Source: Geosiphon pyriformis uo1 (Eukaryota > Fungi > Glomeromycota). Taken from it: a stretch of DNA of 64,000 bases. The position numbers and the translations under genes are program-made. Location of the stretch: contig JAAOMT010000436.1 of NCBI GenBank assembly GCA_016748015.1, positions 1,706,032 through 1,770,031 of the forward strand. Reading direction: 5' to 3'. The notes under the pieces were generated by a model that worked only from the letters and a program-made list of their open reading frames with translations, was not told where the DNA came from and did not search any database. Shown here one piece after another: positions 52,001-61,600 of the stretch (within the stretch, counting starts at the first letter, position 1; the number at the start of each line of letters is the position of its first letter).

Positions 52001-53060
52001 TTGAATTTCCCAATATAAGTCATAACGGATTCGGAGGGTTTTTGTTTGATATTTCGAAAACGATTGCGAAGAGTAATGAAGGTATTATTGTTGGTGAACT
52101 GTTTAAGAAAGGCTGCTTTGAAAGCATTCCAATCATTGAATGGGGCGGTAAGGTTTTCAAACCATTCTCCTGCTGTTCCTTTGAGAAAGTAGGGAATTGT
52201 TCTTAACATTCTGGCAGCATTCCATTTATTTGCATCTCCAGCTTTGGTAACTTGGTCAAGCCATTCTTGGGGACTGGTCTCAATATCTTCTCCATTGAAT
52301 TCAGGGATTTTTGCGATGTATGTTGTCATTTCGTCTTCTTCGTTTTCACTGTCTATTGATTCTTCTTCAGTTATTTCAGAGTTGTTTTCTTCGTTTGCTG
52401 CTGTCTCAGAGTGTTCATTTTGATTTTCAGCTAGAAAATCAAGGAGATTGGAACTAGTTTGAAGGAGTTCTTGTTGTCTGGTGGAACTTTTGAGTGATGT
52501 AAAATCTTCTGGTCTTGCAAATTGATTCAAGGGTGAATTAAGTGTTTGTGCTTGTGCAAGTGAAGCTAGAAAAGGTGTGATAGTAAGTGGAAGTTTTGAG
52601 CTGGTTCTTTGTTCAGGTGTTTGTAAATGTTTAAATGATATTTTGGGAGTATTGGGTGTTGTGTGAACAGATCAGTTATCTTTTTGTCTTTTGTTGCTAC
52701 TGGTTTCAGATTCAGATTCGAGTTCAAAGACAAATTGTGCATTTGGAGAATATTTTTCTTCGCAGAATCGAATGATATTATAATCGAGTTCCTCAAAATA
52801 AGTAGTGCAAGCTTCAGCACTAATGTTTTCTGATTCAGTGTCGGAATAGTATAGTATGTTTTCAAGAAGATCTCTTTTAACTGTTGTAATATTATAGTTC
52901 CCAAAGAGGTAGTTGTTGATTTGATTTTCGATGTATTGAAAAAGTGTTTTCTTGAAGCTATGATTCCGTCGCATATTTCAAATCGTTGTTTGCAGTGTGT
53001 GTAAATCGATTGATAGTACTCTAAGGTTGTGATGTCTGAGGCAGTTACCACTTTGAATTT
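46008..53060 (-). pseudogene. Gypsy Gag-Pol polyprotein (Gag, CCHC, protease, Cys-rich domain, dUTPase, RT, RNase H, integrase), interrupted by stops
   Basis: Gag IPEFNG..PQEWLD..LKGTAGEWF..DQFIAGL. CHYCGIFGHWKRDC ~51627. PR ILDS(R)SAGS ~50979. RT FCVDY, STLDLESGYWQV, KTAF, FGLCNAP, VYLDD. RH VTDASYTAFG. IN HFG..CDSC, VDYLTKW, NGLVERFN. Gag through dUTPase share one frame. No chromodomain seen. Confidence 0.93.
49283..49720 (-). CDS. dut: dUTPase domain within the Gypsy polyprotein
   Basis: All five trimeric dUTPase motifs, somewhat eroded: AGYDL, S(W)S, IIDAGYT(R)DI, EKIAQ, RGTQSFGST. Confidence 0.9.
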
Positions 53061-53074
53061 GTTGCTGTGTTATT

Positions 53075-53091
53075 TCTGTGGGAAAGCACCA
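53075..53091 (-). promoter_or_regulatory. Primer-binding site (TGGTGCTTTCCCACAGA), possibly for a tRNA-Thr
   Basis: TGG-starting tract 2 nt inside the 5' LTR. The tRNA identity is a guess from the GCTTTC acceptor-stem resemblance. Confidence 0.7.
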
Positions 53092-53093
53092 AA

Positions 53094-54072
53094 TGTTACT
53101 GGAGGTTTTTGGTCTCTTTTTTGTAATGTTGTTGATACTTATTTGCTGTGAATTCACGTTTTCTGGATGTGGTTGAACCTCCAATAACTGAATTTATCTT
53201 CAAATTATCTCCTATAATTTGAACTGCTGGGCTTATAAGTGGAATAGCCAATTCCTTACCAGTTACTTTATATAGTTATATTGTAGTAAATGTCAACTCT
53301 TTCCCAGGAATTGCTCATTTGGAAGCTCACTAAAAATGTGTAGTTACTTTGCTGTGAAAGTCAACTCTTCTACAGGAATCTCGTCTGTAGGCTACCCTAA
53401 TAATTGTAATAAGAAAAGAAAAGAAAAATAAAAGAAATGTAAAAGAAATAGAATTCTGCCAAGGGAAACGTTTTCTATCCAGGCCTGGAATCACTAACAG
53501 TTTATTGAAATTGGTAGCTAATCAATTTCAAAATGTTAGTTGGGTTTTGGGGATTTTCCAAGTGCAATAATTAAAGAATTTGGTTTTTCGAATTATTTGA
53601 TATTTATTTCTTTTTGTGTGTATAAGAATGATTCTAAGTGATAAATTTAAAGTAAAATATATTTTCTTGAAGAGAGAAGCTCTTCTTTTATACAACTTGT
53701 TGTAACATTATTCTATGAACTTGAACTTTGCTATTTTCTACAATTTTGCTGAACTAAAGATACATTTTGGCGAACTACAAATTATTTTGGCAAACTATTA
53801 GATATTTTGGTGAACTATCAATTATTTCGGCGAATTTCTACAAATTTCGGCGAACTTCTAAATGTTACATAGTTCGGGGTATTGCATGATTGATCATCGC
53901 AATTAGGTTACATTTGTGTTGTGTATAATTTGGGTTATTAATTAAATAATAATTTCGGACATTTTTGCTAATATAATAAGTGATCATTTGAAATGATAAT
54001 ATATGCTAATTAATGATAGGAATTATAAGATAATTTCATGCTAAATAATATCTCTAATTTTGTCTGGTAACA
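53094..54072 (-). repeat. 5' LTR (979 bp)
   Basis: TGTTAC...GTAACA inverted termini; near-identical to 44348-45201. Confidence 0.95.
53686..53856 (-). promoter_or_regulatory. LTR U3 promoter: six ~20-bp tandem repeats (core GTTCGCC(A/G)AAA) followed by TATAAAA
   Basis: Cores at 53744, 53765, 53785, 53805, 53825 and 53845; TATAAAA on the minus strand at 53692-53686. Confidence 0.65.
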
Positions 54073-55721
54073 ACGCCAAGCGAGCATTCAAAAAAGAGTT
54101 GACAAGTGTAGAAGAAGGAGGACTACTGCCCAAATCCAGGGTCATACGATGAAAGGAACCAGCACCAAGACCAAAACCAGAAGGAGAGCCACCAGAAGAG
54201 GAAGCAAGAGAGACTACCTGGGCCCACAATTTGCCACCAAAGGCAGCAGGGCGGGATATAGGAACATTTTTTTTTGCATATAACTTGGCTAATTGGAGAT
54301 GATCCACACCAGGAACATGCCTTTTATTAAAATTATTCAAGAGATCAGAAGATGACGTATCTGATATATCGCACTCTAAAGCCAAATGTCCAAGATGCCC
54401 ACATTTTCCACACTGAACCAAATCCAGCCTAGCCCAAGAAAGACGAACACCACCAAAAACAAGCTCAGTGAGAAAAGCGGAATTCAAATCATTTTTGAAT
54501 TCGAAGCCAACTACAGCACAGCAAACCCTATTGCCAGTATTCAATGAACGATTAATAATGCAAGTTCTGCCACCAGTTTTATCCAGAAGATTACTAAGGT
54601 CATGTGCTGTTGTTCCCACCAGCAATGTAAACAAAAGCACCCTAAAATGATCTCTAGAGGCCCAAATATCGCGATCTCCCATGGCCTTTGCCACATGCAC
54701 AAAGTTTTTCTTAATTAAGAAAGACCATTTTGAAGCCAATTGCTCTGTTTGTCCTAATTCGGCAAATTCTACCACAGTCTTCTACCACATACCAACCAAC
54801 TGGATTTTGATCGACTTAATTTGCCCAAACTCAGAAACTACGGTAACAATCATTTCTTTTGGCATATCCATGAGAATTTTTTTGATCACCACAGCCCAAT
54901 CTGAACAAAGCTCTTGTTTCCTTACATCAATGTTTATGACAATCTTCTCTTCTTTGGCCAATAACACAGCTTTCCTCATGCTCTCCTTAGATGTAAATGT
55001 CAATTGGATGATTTCTTCAAATTTTGAGGGGGTAGTGGCCCCCCCAAAACCATTGATCTTTGAAAAAACCTTCCTAATTAAATAAGTTTTCACCATTACC
55101 GATTTGCCTTCAACAGCTGAAAAATTAATATCCAAGGCAAAAGATTTCTTAACTGCCACCTCCACAGGAGTTTTGATAATTTTAGAATCAATCCAAATCT
55201 TATCCAAAGGAACCTTTTTCATAAGGGGGGGCAGAAGAGACTTCACCTCTTCATCCATCTCAAAGTTAGGAGAACCAATAGAAGAACCAAAATTCGCACC
55301 AGTATTCACACGTTTAGCCTTGGAAGTGTTAACAGCCAAGTCCAAAAGAGAACCATCAAAACCACCAAACATACTGACATCCTCATCATCACCGGAAAAG
55401 CTTTCTACATCGGAATATACACTAGCACTAGAACCAGACTTCAAAGAAATATTTTTTTCATCATCAGAGTGTTTAACATTATCAAGAGAAGTCTTCTTTT
55501 TTTGTGAAAAGGAACCACCAGCAGGACCATGAAACACGCCCTTAGAAGTCTTCTTACTAGACATGCTGCCACTAGAAGCAGCCTTCGAATCCACGACAAA
55601 GGGATTATTAGTTAAAGAAATATTAATATAATACTAATAAGAGAAAAACAAAAACTTCTTCTTCAGAAAAATAACTTGTTGGGGGTTTTTGGAGTAAGAG
55701 AGAAGAAGTTTTATCATTCTA
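54073..55721 (-). mobile_element. LINE copy D, 5' part (5' UTR and ORF1 with CCHC knuckle)
   Basis: ORF1 starts MDSKAASS (55594) and contains CGKCGHLGHLALEC. It rejoins 44347 as ...LNARLA|SLECSLE... once the Gypsy element and one TSD copy are removed. Confidence 0.92.
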
Positions 55722-56249
55722 GATTAAAATAATTTATTATTATTTTTTAATTTATATATTAAATATTATAAAAAAATATTATTTTATTTTTAATTTTATT
55801 AATTTAATTAAAATATATTTGAAAATTTTTGTTACTTTTTTTATAAATAGTTAATTAATTTAGATCTTATAATATTTTATTATTATTGTTATTATTATGC
55901 TTTAATTAAACATAAATATTTAAATTGTTTTTACTTTTAAAATTTTAATTATAAATATAATTTATGTATTTATAATATATATTAATTATTTAAATTTAAG
56001 TTAATAAATATTAATTTATTTTTTAAATTAAATATATTTAATGTTTTTATTTTACTAAAATAATCTGCAAATACTTATTTATTTTTCAGTTTTTTATAAA
56101 TTAATATTTTTTTATTTATTATATACTACATATAATAAAGTTTATTATAATTTGTTATAGTTATAAATTTATTTTTATAATTATACATATATTGATTAAT
56201 TTTTTTTAATTAAAATTTTAAAAAATTAGATAATTATTTTAAACATAAT

Positions 56250-56670
56250 TTTAATCTAAAACTTTAATCAATAAATTTTGTTTTAATATTTTATAACAAA
56301 ATTTTCTATAATAACATAAAAAAGTAATTAAATTTACCAAAAAATTAATTTTAACAATAACAAATTTCAAGTTTAAATTTAAATAAACTAATTTTAAAAT
56401 TAAAATTAATAATAATAAAAAATATTATATAACTTAAAAAAAACAACAGTTTTTACATAAAACATTAAACCAAAAAATTAATTAACGAAATTTTTAAGAT
56501 TAACAAAATTGTTTTTTAAAACCAATAAATTCAATTTTGTAATTTAAAACCAAATAATTCAAATTTTAAAATTTAAAATATTATTAACATTCAAAAAAAT
56601 TTTATTAATTACAATTTTTATATAAAATTTTAGTTTTAACTATAGTTTTATTAAGATTTTTTTAAATAAC
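56250..56670 (+). mobile_element. Ultra-eroded repeat relic homologous to ~28240-28640 (possibly Gypsy RT)
   Basis: Shared ordered blocks with 28240-28640 ('acagt', 'aaaccaaataatt(c/t)aaa(c/t)ttta', 'tttattaat', 'ttagttttaa'). The RT identity is only inferred. Confidence 0.4.
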
Positions 56671-56676
56671 AATTGG

Positions 56677-57032
56677 TATAAAAAAATTAAAAAATAAAAC
56701 AAATTTGATTACTAATTTTAAAAATTAAATAATCAAAAAAAATTAAATAATTTGGCTTTAAATATATTATAAAAAGCAATAATTTTTTTAATTGACAAAA
56801 AAAATTCTATTTTTTAAATATTATTAAATTAACAATATAAATAAAAAACCAAAAAGTGAAAAAAAATTTTGGTTTTTATTTAATCAATTTAATTTTTAAG
56901 ATTAAGTAATTTAATAAATTAATCAACTAAAATTGTATATAAAAATATAACTTATTTTGTTTTTAAAACCAATAATAATTAATTAAAATTTAATATATTA
57001 AACAACTTAATTAAAACCAATTTTAATAAATG

Positions 57033-57063
<31 letters not shown>

Positions 57064-57692
57064 TAAATTAAAAAAAAACTATTGTTTATAATTTAATTTA
57101 ATTTTAACATTATAATTAATGTAATTGTAATAAAATTAGTATTTATACTAATAAAAATAAAACCAATATTTTATTTTTTACAAAAAAAGTTTTTTAAATC
57201 AAAAATAATAAAAAACACCAAAAAAATTAATTTTTTTTAGAGTTAATTGTTAAAATAAGTAAATATATTAAATTATATAATACTATAATTCTGTAAAATT
57301 ATTTAAAAGTTTTGGTNNNNNNNNNNNNNNNNNNNNTATAAAAAAATTAAAAAATAAAACAAATTTGATTACTAATTTTAAAAATTAAATAATCAAAAAA
57401 AATTAAATAATTTGGCTTTAAATATATTATAAAAAGCAATAATTTTTTTAATTGACAAAAAAAATTCTATTTTTTAAATATTATTAAATTAACAATATAA
57501 ATAAAAAACCAAAAAGTGAAAAAAAATTTTGGTTTTTATTTAATCAATTTAATTTTTAAGATTAAGTAATTTAATAAATTAATCAACTAAAATTGTATAT
57601 AAAAATATAACTTATTTTGTTTTTAAAACCAATAATAATTAATTAAAATTTAATATATTAAACAACTTAATTAAAACCAATTTTAATAAATG

Positions 57693-57723
<31 letters not shown>

Positions 57724-57976
57724 TAAATTAAAAAAAAACTATTGTTTATAATTTAATTTAATTTTAACATTATAATTAATGTAATTGTAATAAAATTAGT
57801 ATTTATACTAATAAAAATAAAACCAATATTTTATTTTTTACAAAAAAAGTTTTTTAAATCAAAAATAATAAAAAACACCAAAAAAATTAATTTTTTTTAG
57901 AGTTAATTGTTAAAATAAGTAAATATATTAAATTATATAATACTATAATTCTGTAAAATTATTTAAAAGTTTTGGT
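56677..57976. other. Exact 640-bp duplication (56677-57316 = 57337-57976) around a 20-N gap; probable assembly artefact
   Basis: Copies look identical and abut the gap exactly. Confidence 0.9.
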
Positions 57977-58629
57977 AAATCTAAATGTTTTTTGTGTTTA
58001 TGTTTTTGTATAAAAAACAATTAATATTTTTTATTTTTTTAATAAACTATTTAATTTTTTATAAGTTAATTTTATGTTTAATTTTGTATTTTTTACCAAA
58101 TTATCTTTAATATTGTAATTTTAATACTTATTTTTTAATTAATTAATATTATACAAAACAATAATAAAAGTAAAAAGAATTAATATTTTATTAATAACTA
58201 TAATTAAAATTATTGTTTTAGTGTATATAAAGTTAATAAAATATTGTTTTTAATATTTGTTGTTTTTATAAAATATTATAAATATTATATTTAACTTAAT
58301 AAAAATAATATTAAGTTATAAAAAATTTTTTACTTGAATTAATAAGTTTATTTAATAATTAATTTAATAGATTAAAGTTATTAAATAATAAAATAAATAA
58401 AATTTAAGTTAAATTAAATATTTTAATTATTATTGTTATTTATATATATTTTTAATAATATAAAGTTTTTGGTATTTATTTTTATATTTTATTTTAATTA
58501 TTTTTAACATTTTTAACATTTTTAATATTTTTTAGTATTTCTGAAATTTTTTGTATTCTTAGTATTTTTAAAATTTTTGATATTTATAACTTTAATATTT
58601 GATTAACTAATATATTATATAATATTTAT

Positions 58630-61600
58630 GAATTCTTTTTTTCTTACATTCCAAATTTTCCAAAAAGCATAATTTTGAAAAAAAAGTTTTATACTTTTTT
58701 TGTTATTTTTTTTCAATATTTTTTAATCTAATAAATCTTTTGTTATAAACTTAGAAACTGTTTCAAGTAATAACATATCTAAAAAAAAATACTTAAAAAG
58801 ACTTTTTATGATCTTATTGATAACTTTTTTTCTCAAAAAAAGAAAGTTGTTTTTGGTAATATAAAACATTCTAATAATGAAAAAAATATATTATTAACTA
58901 AGTCTGGTTTTAATAGTATGTATTCAGATATAAATAATAAATCTAATAGTAATAAAAACAATTATATTATAAATAACATTAATGATAAGTTTTTTTTGGG
59001 TTCAATTACTATTATTCTTAAAGCCAAGAGAATAATAACTAATATAAATTATGGTTTTTTTTTAGTTCTCTTAAGTTTAATATGAAAAAAAAAGTTAGGC
59101 CACTTTTATTTTCTTTTAATATTATTTTGAACAAAAAATAAATTGATTTTAAAATAGTAAAAACTTTAGTTAAAGTGGCTATTAAAAAATTTTTTGCTTT
59201 GAATATTAATTTATTAATAATAAAAAACAAATTAATAATAACTAAAACTCAGATTAGTTAAAAAAAAATTTTAACAATTAATAGTTTTGAAAAGATCACT
59301 ATTCTCTCAAAATTTAAAAAAATTATTAGATCTATGTTTACATCTGAAAAAAGCATAAAAAAAACTATATTATTGGCCAGAAAAAAAGGCATTATTGTAA
59401 ATAATAATCTTAAAAAATTTAAATTTTTTTTAAATTAGACTGTAGTTATAAAAAAATTCTTATAAATATGCCAAAGAAAATGATTGTTGCAGCTCTTTCT
59501 GAATTTGGTCAAGTAGTATTGATTTAATTGTAATTAATTAAGTTGTAATAGAAGATTATAATACAATTTGTTAAATTAAGTTAGATTAATTAATTAACAT
59601 TAAGATAATTATTCTTAATTAAAAAAAATTTAGTATATGTAGCAAAACTATAAAAAATTGCAATATTTGGACATCAAAAAATTGTTTCAAGATGCTTTAT
59701 TTATCTTGCTTGTAGAAACAACAGTTTATAATTTGGATATTTTATTAGAAAAAACTGGTAGAAAAACTTTCATTATTAATAGATTATTTAAAACTGGCAA
59801 TAAGATTTACTAAATTGTGATTGGTTTTCAAACAAAAAATAAGCTAAAATCTGTTTTTTACACAAACCTTATTTTAAATAGTATAAAACTTTTTTGAACT
59901 AGGTTAAATTTGATTTGATATAAAAAGTACAGATGTTTTGAATATTTTGTTCTGAAATATAACACTTCTGATGTTTTTATTCTTCTATCTTTGAAAGTAT
60001 TTAAGAAGTTTATTTTAAATTAAAATTTTTTTTAACTGGCCAAGTTGTATGCCAAGAAAATGTTCTTATTTCTTGCTTTGTTGTTTTTGGTAGCAAGTCA
60101 TATGCTTAAATAATCTTGTTGACTTTTATTTTTAACAATAAATACTTTGGTTTTGGTTTTAAATTTTTTTTCTTTGATGTTCTACATAGTAGTAAAGCTT
60201 TTTTTGTTTTGTTAAATGATTTTTTTATTTGTGTTTGCTTAGTTTCTTTAAAATGCTCCTTGAAACTGCTGGCCAATCAAGTATTTGGTATTGTATACAG
60301 GCTAAGTAAAGTGAATTTGGTATTATTGATTCTTTTTTTTGTTCTTCAAAGTTAGCAAATTTTGTGATTTCTAATATAGAGTAAACTTAAACATAATTTT
60401 AAATAAATTTTAAATGTTATTTTTTTTCTACTTTTAATAATTAATAAGATTTCAGTTTTAGATCTGAGTAATTTTAAAGTTTTAACTACCAAAGTAAGCA
60501 GTTTGGAGTCAAAATTAATGGTTCTTAAAGTGTTAATTAGTTTAGTTCTAATTAAATTAGAGTATTTGTGTATTGGCTTAAGTTTTTTGGCACATTTTTT
60601 GTCTTAATAAATAAGTTTATTTGGAAATTTTCTAAATGTAATGTTCAAGGTATTAATGTCTCTGCTAAACAAAAAAATATTATTCAGTGACATAAATATT
60701 CAGATAACATAATTTTTACTATCATAAAAATAAAATTGAGGTCTAGTATTAAGCCAAAGATTATAAATAAGTATAATAGGATGTGAATTTTTATTTTTGG
60801 TTTGGATAAAAGTTTTTTTTGTACTGAAGTAGCTATTATTATAAATAATTCTCTGGTTTAATATGTTTTAAAAGTGGAAAAAATTTCTTGTTGTGTTATT
60901 TTAATATGTTTTTTATTTTAAAACAAACTTTCAATTATAGTTTTAGATTAGTATATTGGTGTTTTTGCTAAAACTTAGTTTAATCAGACTTCAAAAATCA
61001 ACTTTTTTATTGCTAAAGCAGTCAATTTAGCATTTTTGTAATCTTGAGTAAAGATTTTAATAAAAATAAATCTAAAAAAAATGTAATTTTCAAGTTCTGT
61101 TTAGTATTGAGTTTGGTCAATTTATTTGGTAAATATTTATTGATTAAGACTTCTATTTAAGACAATTTTAAAGATGTTAAAAAGTTATAAATTACATTTT
61201 TGTTAGTAAAAATTTGTTATTTGTAATTGCTAATAATTAAATTAACTCTGTATTTGAATTTTTTAATATTAATTATAAGACAGTTTCAGTTTTGGTTAGT
61301 TTGAGCAGTTTTTTGTATGTTTATTTAAATAGTATATACAAGCAAGCTAATAAAAATTGCTGAAAATTCAAATAAAAAATACAAATAATGTTAAATAAAT
61401 ATGCTTTAAGATATATTCTTTTATAAAATTTTTAGTAAAAGTAAGTAAATTTAAAGATACAAAAAATTTAGATAATCTGAATACAATATAAAAAGTGCTG
61501 AAAAATATAATATTAAGTTTTTTGATATTTTCAGCTATTTATTAAAGATCAAGAAAAATTATTATAAGTTTAAAATATATGAATCTAAAGTTGTTAAAAC

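Larger units (their letters stand above)
44348..54072 (-). mobile_element. Full-length Ty3/Gypsy LTR retrotransposon carrying a dUTPase, nested in LINE D
   Basis: Two LTRs with TG...CA ends; 4-bp TSD ATGC (44344-44347) / ACGC (54073-54076); PBS and PPT; domain order Gag-PR-RT-RH-IN. Confidence 0.96.

Noticed and set aside
53740-53860. Regularly spaced repeats resembling a mini CRISPR array (also 6400-6540)
   Set aside because: Period is only ~20 bp, there are no unique spacers and no cas genes, and the context is a eukaryotic LTR.
54041-54775. ORF ending in ...LLPDKIRDII, sharing a C-terminus with the Gypsy 3' ORF
   Set aside because: This is LINE ORF1 running into the 5' LTR at the insertion point, a chance chimera and not a gene family.
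39973-55532. Many plus-strand ORFs (e.g. 39973-40401, 42881-43324, 54681-55085, 55104-55532) and similar ORFs at 30073 and 63200
   Set aside because: They are antisense shadows of retroelement coding sequence with no independent motifs.
56677-57976. 640-bp perfect tandem duplication
   Set aside because: The copies are identical, in a region where all real repeats are heavily mutated, and they abut a 20-N gap exactly. This is an unmerged contig overlap.
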